DNA from: Nitrospirales bacterium
GTDB lineage: Bacteria; Nitrospirota; Nitrospiria; Nitrospirales; UBA8639
Length of the DNA stretch: 64,000 bases
Reading direction: 5' to 3'
Assembly (NCBI GenBank): GCA_965203295.1
Contig: CBDBCZ010000012.1
Location: 352,001-416,000 of the forward strand
Part shown: piece by piece, positions 12,422 through 25,400 of the stretch
Layout of the letters: every line of letters begins with the position of its first letter
Numbering within the stretch: the first letter of the stretch is position 1
Program-made: the position numbers and the translations under genes
Notes under the pieces: model-generated
What the model was told of the DNA's origin: nothing
The model's database searches: none
The model's input: the letters and a program-made list of their open reading frames with translations, nothing else

Positions 12422-14239
12422 ATATATAATTATCTACTTCTATAGGATGCCGATTAATAGTAGTTCTACAGCTGTAGTCAGCTTGGCCTGACCTGGTTCT
12501 GAGCTGAGCTGTGGTATATTGCACTTGAAAATTCATGGCTGTTTTTGACATGAGACTTGTTTGTATGTTGAAAAATATACAACATAATATTGCTGGAAGG
12601 TAATTTGGCGAGAATTAAATTCGGCAGCGCCATCGCCGATTGCCAAACTGCCAAATTAAAGTCCTTGCCAAATTTTCTTGCTATATATACGGAAATCACT
12701 GAATGCGAATTTTGAATGAAGCATGAGTACAGGATGCTAGTGAAAGCCACACTTATCACTGACTACTTGTGCTGTTTGTCAGAGCGCTGTGCTGCAGTCT
12801 CATGAAGAATGAAAGCTCTACGAACCCTCTAGTGCCACTGCGTTTGCATAGCTAAAACACCTTGCTGCCTATGGTGGCTACAGCTTGAGCCAGACTGTGG
12901 AGCGAAAACATCCCAGCCTCTAACACAAAGTTTATTGCTACTTCTTGCTGTCGCTCTCTTAGTTCATACCCCCAGCCTCCATAATAGCCGATAAAACCGC
13001 ATTCTTTAATTAAACATTCTGCCACAGGCTGCTACTCTGTCACGAGGAACGCTATAACAATTGCTCTCATGTGACCAAAAAATAGTGAAATTTCAGTACA
13101 GATTAAACTTGATGTGATCCTGAGTCTCCAGACCACTTCTCCGCATGCCGGATACTGAAAGCGATCCACACTGCGGAAATTAAGTGGACTGGTTCACAAG
13201 ACTAGCCAGAAGGCTACTGAGTACGTTTTACGCTAATTTAGGATTACATCATATGCCATTACTAATTGTCAAATTTATAAGTTGAGTTTAGCTGGTTTTT
13301 GCCTATTTGCCGATTTTTTTTGTTGTACAGTAATTGCATGAGCGAAGCCAGTGCAAGTTTGCCTATTAAAAGTGTGCAATTACAAAAGTGTGTAAATAGT
13401 ATAGCGGTATATGTACTGTTATTACTGCATGTACTGCCTATGCAGCATGGCTTCATTACATTATGCAACATGGAATCCTGAAAATTGTGCTAGTCTCTCC
13501 CTCTCTTTTTTTTGGGGGGGGGGGAGAGGGTCTAATGAACCCCGATAGCAAGTACAAAGGATAATGTTCTTGACTTGTCTAACTCGAGATGAGCCTGTGC
13601 CACTGTATAACATCACAAATGTTAGCACGAAAATTATGTCATTTCTAAGTGTTATTATGGTAACTATGTCCATTAATTCTATGCTGTTGCTGGTCTGCAG
13701 GTGGAATGTACTCTCTTTTCTTTGGCAAACTCAATGAGATCGTAGAGAAGACTGATACCACGAACCAAGTATATAATCTGCATGACCTAAGTCAGATCTC
13801 TTTCTTTTGGACTGACTTGTATTCTTTTATACCAATTACTTCAATCAAACGGTCACTACAGTGGTCCTTACTATATTATACTACTACAGCAGTAAGGAGG
13901 CAAGAACAAGTTGGTAGCAGCCTCAATAAGCTCTCTGGTATTCAAAGTATGCCCCTAGTCATTTAAAATGGCTTAGCTGCCGAGGCTCACCAAAGTGTAC
14001 AATAAATTAGTCCGCTCTTCGTACTCCAAGTGACAAAAGCTGATTGGCCCTGTGAAGGTTTTGGCAGTGGAACAACTGCTATAGTGCAAGCACCAGTGTG
14101 AGGGTCTGCACAGTGCGCAAGACTAGGCTGGTAATTTTGTTACTTGTATTTCTCTCCCCAGGCCAAGCCCAAATCTCCATCTGCACCTCAAGTGCGTACA
14201 TCTTGCTTGCCCATCCACTCTGATGATGGTAATGTACAG

Positions 14240-15060
14240 TTTAAGAAAAATCATTTAAAAGTGAAAGAGCATGTAGGGATGGAATCGCAAAAAAGTAACC
14301 AAACAAGGTAGGAATGACACGACAGAACTTTCACGGATTACCATCCCTACATCTTGCCAACCACAGTTGTCAGTCCCCTCCTGCATGCCTCATCATGTGG
14401 CTTCCTGTGCCTTTGTTAACTATGCTCTTATTCAAGTATTTATTATTGCAAGTGTGTTACAGTTCTAGGGTTAATTGACGGTGTAAGTGAGAAGCAGTGT
14501 CATAATCTCATCTGCCACATGTATAAAGAGGTGTTTGGTGGTAAATAATTTAATTGTTAATCACACAGTTGTGAGAAGCTGTAGTGTGGCTATTGGCAAC
14601 AGTACATGTAGTTGTTTGTGAAACAGGGAGTGCAGTGTTGATAGTGCAGTAGTGTAGGGGTATATACTGGTTGTACATGTACCTGTATATATAGTGTCAT
14701 GCAGTTAGAAGTGCTTACATTCTTGTTTGATTGCTTGTGAATATGGTTGGTGGGATTATGATGTGACAAACTACAATCATCAATGCGCTGATAAACATGG
14801 AAATTGTGGCGTGCTGAAGGGAGTGTTGCATCTACAGTGCGAGTTACTGCTATGGATAATTTCCTGTGTGGGGACAGGTGCCTGGATACGATAATGCAAA
14901 TATTGTTGGTATGGTACGGATCTGGATGGAGATTTGTGATGTGTGTGGTTGGCAAGATGTAGGGATGGTAATCCATGAAAGTTCTGTCGTGTCATTCCTA
15001 CTTTGTTTGGTTACTTTTTTGCAATTCCATCCCTTTCATTTTTAAATGATTTTTCTAAAA
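14240..15060. repeat. Two inverted copies of an interspersed repeat also present at ~30880-31320
   Basis: GGGATGGAATCGCAAAAAAGTAACCAAACAAGGTAGGAATGACAC...CCATCCCTACATCTTGCCAACCAC at ~14275 (+), its reverse complement at ~14945-15035, and again at ~30910 (+). Confidence 0.8.
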
Positions 15061-16416
15061 CCTGCTCCTGCTATTTTTTCGTGGGTTGAGGACCATTGTG
15101 AACATGTACATAAGTGTGGTTGTGTGGGGTATGCACGAGCAATATGCATGTGTGGTATTGATCGAGTGGTGTTAGAGTAGCCTCGAACTGTGGCCTTCCA
15201 TGCAGATTTTGAAAGGTCCATGGAAGGTCTAGGTTCGAGGCTAGTTGTAGAGTGCAGTAGATGCAGTGCAGTGTTTGTGTTTCACTGGGGGTAATTGTAT
15301 CTGTCATAAATGGCTGTGCGTGGACAGTTCCATAAACAGCATGACACTGCATGCACATGCCAAGGACAAAGATGTGCACTGCAAATAGCTGTCTGCCCCC
15401 TCCAATATTATTCATCCCATTAGAACGTATTCAGGGTACTTACAAATGGAGTCTTTTCCTTATGACATTGGGTAGTCTGGCTACACAAGAATAATTATGG
15501 TTTCACTATTCTTTCAACAGCTCCTCTGGCCAGAAGCCGTTCGCCAAACAAATATAATCTGTCATGTGTCTTCATTTTTATAGCTAAAGTTTGTGTAACT
15601 TACGCAGTAATGAACCAGGAGATGCAACTCGCAGCTCAGGCCCGAGCAGACCGCACTATCAAAGGTAGGCATTAAATAGACGAACACGTGCAGTCTAAGC
15701 ATTACATAATCCAAGTCATTAAATGGCGTGCAACAGCGAGCTTCCGCTCGAGAGTACTCGTGAATGACTGCTGTACCTATTCGATTTTGTGATTATGCAA
15801 TGCTATGAGTGCAATACTCCGGAGAAAATGATGCCTATTCATGTTAGAATCATTGTAATCGCCTGAGACATTATTGCGCTAGCCTGGCTGAAAAAAAAGA
15901 AGAATCAGAAGATAGTCGAATGTGCCCGTTTAACCACTTGCTGGTTTGGTACTTCAGTGATGTTCTTTAGCAACGCTAACAGTCTGGTTAGTGATGACAA
16001 CGCTTGAGAATAACTGGTAGGGCTCATATTAGCGCTAGACTACACCTACAGCAGAGTTCTGAACACGTCATTTTATACACAGTTATTAAATGGAGACGCC
16101 ATTTTGTTTTAGAGCCATCCCTACATATGGAGTACTCAATGCTTGGTCCCAAATCTCTTGAACTATTCAACTGGGGTAATTCCCAACAAGGACCTATATG
16201 GAAATGGCTTCATTGAGAATTAGCACTATGCATGAATCAAGGAATTAAGGTATTCACTGCTAAACAACAAAGTAAGCTTTAGATATCTTTGTGGAGCCAA
16301 TTTGGTAATCATGCTAATATTTCTGTTAAAACAAAATTAAATAATACAAGTACAGCAGAATGTACAACAGGAAATGACATACAGGCTTTGTTCATCTGTA
16401 CTGCACTGCCTGAAAT

Positions 16417-19400
16417 CTATTCACAAGCCAACTTGGAGTCAAAGCTACTGAGTGCTGTAGCCAGTGCCTGTACTGCACACATTGGAAAGCTGTAGTCTAG
16501 TGTAAACACATCATCTGAGATCCTGCCAAACTGTACCACGATATAGTCTTCTGCATAAGATGTAACAAATGACACTCCATATGCTAAACTTGTAAAAGTC
16601 ATGTGAAAAAAAGTTCAATCAGTATATATCTAGAGCAGGCAAGCTAGCAGTACCAAGGGGCTAAACAACAAAATAAGGGGAATATGGTTGAGGTAGGCAA
16701 ACCAAAGCGGAATACACATAATATTTCATGACTCAAACCCATTAGGCACAGTTGATTTGTACTAAAAATAAATGCAAATAAACACCGTACAGGTACATGT
16801 ACCTGTACATGTAGGTGCGGGAAAATTTTAGCATGAGAGATGTTTGGTACTTACGTTTATCATCATGCCAGTTCCTATTACAAGCAAGTACATCAAGAAG
16901 AGATTTAGTCTATCGAGCTAGACCCTCCTCTGCTTAGCTTGAGGAGGGTCTAGCAGAGCTCATTGGTATTCATAGTTCACAGCTATTGTAGCAGCTTCGC
17001 ACTACTTAATCAATACCACAGGTCACACCCATAGTCTATGAGCTATAGCTTACTGAAGCCTTAATGTCCAGGCCTTAATGTCCAGGTGCTGAAATCAGCT
17101 ACTAAATCTGATAGGTCAGCTAGTCCTGAATACTAATAAGCTCTGCTAGACCCTCCTCAGTCTAGCTTGATAGACTAGAAGAGATTCAGAGGAGAAAACC
17201 ATAGGCAATGTTATTAACAGGACAACTAGGGACCAACTGATAGTTGTTCGGTCTTCATTGTACGACGACAAAAATACTGAACTGGAATAAGGGTACCAGC
17301 TTGTTCAGTACTGGTAGAGAGCACAACAGAGAAACAAGTAGGAAGCAATATTGAATAATGTACATATTAGCGACCCTCACAATGCCCTTAGTACACGTAC
17401 ATTTTTAATGGCCTTAATCTCATTGCAACTAACTTTCGAAGCTTATACTGTTCTGTAGTTTTGTTCAGCATACTGGTCTGTCTTTCAAATAAATAGCCCT
17501 GTAGCTATAGAGTAAGTAACTGGTGATCAGACACAAGGTATAAAACCCGGAACGAAAGCGGAATGTTCTGTCCCGTCTGCCACTAAAAAACGGGACGCTC
17601 AATTTCACAAGAAATTATGCGCGATGGAGCTACCGTATGGGAAAATTAACCAAGAGAGTCAGAGCCCATAGCCTTGAAGCTAGCTCTCTGAATTTAGTAG
17701 GTAAGGCACAGATAAACCAGTAGGCAGCTAAGTTTTTTGGGTAGAGCTGAATAACAGTTTCAGTATAATTTGCAATTGCAAACGAATTATAATAGTAGAC
17801 ATTAAAAAAATGTTTACAGAGCTTTTTTACAAAACCATGCATAATGTGGATCTTCCAATATGCTCTGATCGATGTTTTCACATTGCCTGTGGAACCTTTC
17901 CTTGCAGTTAGCAGTGGTACCGGTCGCAGAGCAAGGCTATAACCAGATATTATACCGCACTTAAGTCATTCTGACCAATCAGCTTACAGGATATAACGGT
18001 TCATATATCCTGGGCGCTGCGTGCGCATACGTAATGTAGGTACCCGGTTCCGTTCCATTCGTTCAAACGTAGAGAAAGCTACGGTAGGTTAGTAGTTGTG
18101 GAGCCTAGGCAGTTTTTTTGTATACAGGCTATTGGAAAATCGATGCAGGAAAGCATGGTAAGCTACTGCTCTTTGTTTGTGGCTAATTTTGTTAGATTTC
18201 CGTGTACCTGTGCATGTGGCCACACGGACAGCCTACTAAAATGGCGCTAGGCGCTGGCTAGACGGCTAGCTGCCGTAGCTACTAGCAGCCCATTGTGCTT
18301 GCTAATTCTACTTAGAGTGTTTTGCTACTTGTGGCTAGTATTTTGCATTTTGAAAGCCTGCTGGCTTGCTGGTTTATTGTAATTTCTGCCAAACTTTTGC
18401 AAGCTTTTTCCGAGCTCTATGCCAAGCTGTAGTTGGTCCTACAGTTCTTATACTTCTCACAGATCTTGCAACTCTTGTCAGAATGACTTATGCATGGTAT
18501 AAGTTAGTTGTATCCCTGCCCAGCGGGATATAACCTATACATAGAGCATACCAGGGTATGCTCTATTATCATTAAGACATTGTACGAGAAAATGGAAATT
18601 CCACGTGTGACATTCCATATGTTAGTAGGTGGAACAGGATTGAACCTTCTGCTACTGTTCCATTTCATTTTAGTAACTGCCTGCATTTCTAGTTGAAAGT
18701 TTGGTGTTCCTCCGTTGCTTAGTTCTGGAGATATAGCCTTCCAAAATTAAAATTCGGACACAGCTATGATAGGACAAATGTATATGTATTGTTGGACTTC
18801 ATTCCGTGTTTCCTCCCAGAAGCAATGTTCAGTGATCTTTCTCCATTACTGGGAAGCCCCACTACCATGGTGCTGCGCGGTATTAAAGAAAGATCACCGA
18901 AAGTTGCTTCAGGGAGGAAACACAGAACGAAGTCCGACAGTACATACGTTTGTCCAATCATAGCTGTGTCTAACTTCTATGCTATAGCTTCAGAACCAAG
19001 CAAATTCTACCGCCGAGATACTGCAAGCGATCCCTAGGTGTGTAGAAGTTGGGGATAGCTAGCTAGACTATGTAAAGGGCTGATCGAAGGTCCCACCCAC
19101 TTCTGGTAGCACGCTTGGCACTAGCGCATACCTGGTACCTGATCATCGGTTACTTACTCTAGTTAGTGTTGATTTTTCGTGCATTGAATTAACAGACAGA
19201 CATCTGTGTGGAGCTTAGTATTTATCACCCGCCCATTCATTGTGTTAAAAGTGTAATAGCCTTACAAACTTTACCGTCAGCAGAATGCACCAACTGGAAA
19301 TTCTTCACTGATGCTTGTGTAACTCTGCCATGGAAATTCAAGACATATGCTTGAGTCTCTAAAGTGATTGAAAGTAATGAAGTTAGTATACTGTGAATAC

Positions 19401-22400
19401 TACATCATTTACTTACCCCTTTTCTTAGACCCTCTAACTTCAAAGGGGGCCTTATGGCAGAGGGGTGTAGTGAAGACATGGCAGAAAGCTGGATTGGCTT
19501 AGATGATAGCTGGTAATGTTGATGTGAAGCAACCACTAATTCCAATCCACTCTTGACAGATTATTCTGAACGATTAGAGTATGTACATTTATGCTTGTTA
19601 TATCATAAAGACGATTAGAGTATATACATTTAGGCTTGTTACATCATGAAGACGTGTGTGGAGTGAAGAGTAACTCAGTGATCATCACATTATCAACACT
19701 GGCAGCTTACACATTATTTACTTTAAATGACAGAAAATTGTTTATACTTGAGGATTAGTCTATTGAGCTAGTCCCTCTTCTCACCCTTTACTGGAAAAAG
19801 GAGTTACCAGTCGGTGAGAAGAGGATCTAGCTCAATAGACTAACTTGGGAGTGTATCTACCAGCCTAACAATAATTCTCACCATCAGACCATACTGGGAG
19901 CTTGTTGTAGAGCTGTAGGAGATCTGTCATGTTGTTGGCGTTCCACCTTTCCAACAAAGAATCACTCTCCTAGGTGGAGAATAACAACGGTAGGTGTAAG
20001 CACTAAGGCACTGTGAGGCAGGAATGTTACTGAGCAATTTGCATGTGAGCTAAACGTTAGTAACTGAGGTACACAAACTTTAGGAAGATTCAACATTGTC
20101 GTCTGTCTGCTGTATTTTACTTGACAGTTCTACAGTTAACAGACTTCCATAGCAGTTCTGCAGTGCATCAGACATTTACTTCTCTTGTGATTTGGCCAAC
20201 AATTAGCTATGAGTCTAACGTAGGTGGCCGCACCAAACTATTATGTTCACAGCGCGTGTAAGGGGTTAAAAAATAGGTAGGCAAACAATTTGCAGAATAT
20301 GTACCATGTACACAAACATACGGGTTTGCGGTGGATACACAAAGGGGAGGGCTCGCTCACGCCCATCCCAATAATATTACTAGGTAGCACATACACATGC
20401 ATGATAACAGAAGCAGAAATAACTTATAGTGGCCTTGCATGTACGTTTACCTGCATTGGTCTAACTGGGATCCTTTTATGGTCTTGCGTCATTGCTGGAA
20501 TAATAACTGTCATCCTTCGTGGTCCTTTAAAACCCAGAACATTTGTTTCCTGGACAAAAGGAATTAAGGTCGAACTCCTATTCTATCAAGATTAAATACA
20601 AACTTTCAGCAAGGTTATTATTCACAGTTTGAATAGAGAGGATGATATGTATGTACATCAGTAGCTTATGTGGGCATGCTGGTAGCATCTGTGTTTAGCC
20701 AAAATAGAGGTAGGTTCAGGCTAGAGCTGTAGCTAACTTCCTTCATGCTTAGAACCGCTTCTGAGAGTAATTCACCACTTGTAGCTGGTCTTCTGTGTAG
20801 TGTTGACTTAGTTAACTGAAAATAATTGTTTTAGTAGAAGCAAAAACATATTTACAAGTAGTTAACTAGCTTTAAAGGGGGGGGGATATATGAATAAAAC
20901 ACTCCCAACTATAACTAGACTAATATTTTTCACCAAAATCAGCCCATTTAGTTACAGTTAAGTAATATTGAAAGAGTTTTAGTAGCCCTTTTAGTTGGCT
21001 AACGAAATAAACTATTGTTCTTTAATAGACTTATACTAACTAATTGTTTAAAGCTATACTAAATCAAAATGCTGGTGTGTAGGAATCATTGCCTGTATCT
21101 TACATAGTGCATTGCCATTTAAGGTCGTATCAAGCTCCTAAGTGCTTAAGTGGTAGCCTCGTTCCCAGGCCCGGGCCATTTTCGCGGGCCTGGGAACGAG
21201 GCTACTTAAGTGGTGCACTTGTTATAAGTCTCTTGGGACTATAAACAAATTGTGTTATAAAAACAATGCTTTGTTTTCCCTTTGATCTCAGTACAGCACA
21301 GCCTTAAGAAAATAAAGTCACCATGCACATTATGGAAAAAGGTGCACTCTTATCTTGAAAGGCTTCATACACTAAATGTACATTGTAATAAATAGGAAAG
21401 CGGAGACCTGATATATACATGTGGAAAACCATGTATGACATGATAAAGGCTTTTAAGAGTATACCATAAACTCTGGAGTACAAGTACAGGTACTTCTATT
21501 TGGAGATTGTGCATTTTCGTGGCACAGATTATGTGGGGTATTTATAATCATGGGGTATTTTTCAACGAGGTTAAATATATGGTAGTACAACAGTACACGC
21601 ATTAAACTTGTAGTTTTGGTTTTGATAGTCACTTCTGCGTTTTCACGACTTCACTGTACTCTGTGATTGTCATAGCAATGGTCTTACATGTGAGGGGTCT
21701 TTCTTTGCACTGAAGTGTATACTTGCGAGGCAGTTCTATGCCCCCCAACAGCCCATATGCCTTCTGATGTAGACCTAGGTGGACCCGATACGGTCCTTAT
21801 TATTCATGCTTAACTAGTTACACATGCACTGTTTATGCATCCCAGTTTTCTTAGTTGTCTGATGGGTACTTATATTCATTGGGTACTTTTATTTGCATGG
21901 GTACTACTATTCAAGAAGTGGATAGCAACTGGGTTCATGGGTACTTATATTCATAGGGTACTTGTATTTGATGGGTACTTATACTCCAGAGTTTATGGTA
22001 GAAAGTCTGGTTTACAAATTCCAAGGATATACAGGATAAGGTACACATCTGCCATAAAAACAATGGTGTTGCTAGCTATATATAGTAGATAAAAGTACGT
22101 GTACAGTTTTTTGTAAATGGGTTTAGAGTTCACTTACATAGTGTATAGCCGCTAGTTCCTGTCTCACATTAGAACCATCAGGCATGGCTCTTCCTTTATG
22201 GGGATTAATACCGCCATCAAAAATAGTGAATGATGTTCCAAGAAAGTTAGACCTAAAATGGATGGCAGGCAGACGGCATCAGATGGCATGTTGACAATTG
22301 AGGAATACAATGTGTGTGCCAGCTTCAAGTAGCACAGCAGATCAGCTTTTCCTTTGCGGCCATATGGATCATGCAGTCTTTTTCATGCTTGTTTTCTACA

Positions 22401-25400
22401 GTTGCTGATTCTTGTACAAGACTGTCTGTGGATGTGTCTTCCTAGAAATAGTCATAATGATATATCAATATTATTCATTTGCTACTCCATCTCTATGTAT
22501 TGTCCCGTGGAATATCCTGCGATATTCAACAGTTGTTATTTGATACTACAAGGGCGGTTACAGCTGTTGATAGCTGATTTTCAACTCCGCACAGTCAAAA
22601 TGAGAAGGCCATGATTGTTCATACAATGTAAGCACTAACATTTAACCAATGGCAATTCAGGCTGGAAGGCTACAGCTCCTTTCGTTCAAGAGATATATGT
22701 GAGCATACCTTCTATATCCCATGCTGTAATGCAACAAAACGCTTGGATTCTGGTGCATCATGGCAGCTGTACCCCATCTAATACTGTACGTGAATTGTAG
22801 TTCCCTTTGAACAGTAGCTGCGTGACACCAGCAGTAATGGGAGGTCATGCATTAACAGTCGAAAGGAGATAACAGAAACCTACATAACTGAATTAAACTA
22901 CTGCAGTAGACTGATGGTAGCTAAGTGTTCAAAGTGAACTGAAATCTACAGTATTTATATGCAGTTCATTCATAATATTGGTGAGTTACATGTTACATAA
23001 ACTAAACTTCTGTGTGCTAATTAGAATCCCCCTTCTTGAATCTAGAGCAATCTTAGTACAGTGAAAAGTGGGTAATAACCAATTATTGCAGGAGTGAGAA
23101 AGTAAAATTTGGCTGGATACTGCACCAGTGGGCAGATGCATCTTCTGAGCTGAAGGGGAGTGAAAATGCTGCTTGCAAGTGCAATATCCAGCCACTTTCA
23201 CTTTCACAAGTGTAATTCTATATGCAGGCACACAACAAACATTTTACATGCAATAGAGGTACCTATGGGCACAGCCAACTGCTTCATGACCAACCACTTA
23301 CTTTTCCCCCTAAGTTCAGACTGTACTCTCTCTACTACAATATTCAGGATGGTGATTATATCGTACCTAAGCTTTCCAATGAAATTAATCCCATCTCGAG
23401 AAAGATCTGTTGGGTCAGTGGAAATAACGTAGTTTGATGAGCGACTTTTTTTCCGTTTACGAGCAGCCAGTAGAAATATCTGCGAAATAGAGAGGACACA
23501 TTACATACAGCACTAGAAATAATGGTGAGCAGAGCAGGTAGCAATCATCAGATATTTGCTATATAGGTGCCATGTGGACAGACAAACAAACAAACAATTG
23601 AATGGTCGGACAGAACATAAATCACCATTCAGTACACTAGTGTGGGTCTCACACAGGCTCACCATAACAAGATACAGCAAGCTCATATCACTATTTTCAG
23701 CACATGCAATGTAGTAACTAGGTACACGCAAGCGCACTATGCCTCGCGGACATCATTGTACCGCCGGAGCTACGTATGTAGCCAAGCTGGGGCTCTGCCC
23801 TCGAATACATGTGGGACGACTATTTTTGCGAGTAAGCCAGTTGCAAGTATAGCAGTTGAAAGAGATTACTAGCCATGACAAAACGACTGGCATCCAGGCG
23901 AATGACGTCTGTATCTACAACATTTTCCCAAGGAGCAGCCACAGCTGCTGCAGGAGAGACCTGGCTGTACTGCTAACTCATAAGTGCACGGTTCATTTGA
24001 TCAATAGTGCCATCCGTCTTCAGTGCTCGTGTCTCTACTGATACAGCAGCTACACAAATTCTGCTAACCTGACAGCTGTAGTAAGCTTTCCTAGATAAAA
24101 ACTCTGTATCAGACTCGACCAGACCTCTGACTGTTTGTGCGCCGTGAGTTTGAACACGGTATGCAGGTACAGTGATGCCATTTTGAATCTCGGGGGGGGG
24201 GGGGGGGGGGGGGGCCACCGTGGCCCAAAACATGACGGACATGCTATGAAATATATAAATCATGGCCAGGAGGTGTATATCAGTGATATACCACCAGTGG
24301 AGGAGGTTTTTGGGAATATATACTGTGAGGGCCGCAGGCCCGAGGGGTATATTGCCAGAAACCTCCGAACACCAGCAGGTGGTATAGCAATGATATTCAC
24401 CGATTGGACATGGTTCATATGTTATACACCATGTCGAATTTTGATGAGGTGTACATCCACTTGCTGTTTCCATAGCAACATGGTATGTCTACATATATAT
24501 ATAAACGCTAGCTCAGATTTTGAGCCTGTAGGACGCGATTATAGGCCTCGCTGCGCTCGGCAATAAAGCTAATAATATAACATGTCTGGATTGTATATTA
24601 CTGATACCAAGCAGAACTAGATTACCTTTTCCCCACTATCCTCCCTCTCCAAGTGCAGAAAGTACGTTGGAAACATTGATTTGTCCATGCCATGCTTGTC
24701 TCTGGTAACTCTGCATTTGATTGTAGTGCCTTCTGGTGCAGGTCTACGGAAGGTCATAAACACAGTTTCAGGCATGGTAAACATTAAACTGTAGCACTAC
24801 ACAGCATAAACAAAGATGCATGGTACCAGTTTGCTTTTGTTACAGAACATGTACACGCATTTAGATATAAGGGTAAGTGGCTGCAAAGCATTGTGCTAAT
24901 GGCTTCATATGCAGCTGCTTTGTCCATGGTACAAGAAGAGGCTACAAATATGTATGTGGCTAATCACCTTTCACACAGTCTAGTTGAAATATTGATATAT
25001 AAATTTTGTTCGCTAATTAACAGTGGTTATGTAGGTCAATCCTGTCATTGAATGGTCTGCAGGCATGGTTTGTATATCTGAATTGGTATGATTAGAGGTA
25101 TAAATAATGTAGCCGTAGTAAAGTAGACGTGTATAGCCAAACCACTTGGCATGGGTATGTGCAAATACATGCACACATACAGAACTGCCCAACACATTAA
25201 AGCAGGCAGGAAGGTTAGTAGAGCATTATTATTGTAGCCAAATCCATATAATTCGCTCCGATGAACTTCTTCAGCTGTGATACAAGCAAACATTAATACT
25301 AGTGCTAGCATATAATTATGTGTTAAAACTGTGCCCTAGATAGAAACAGGAAACGAAATAGTCAGGTGATCACTGAGTTCCAGGTCTGATTATAACGGTA

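Noticed and set aside
23973..24566. 166-aa and 143-aa ORFs with poly-Pro/poly-Gly
   Set aside because: They arise from a G homopolymer and repeat sequence inside a tubby intron.
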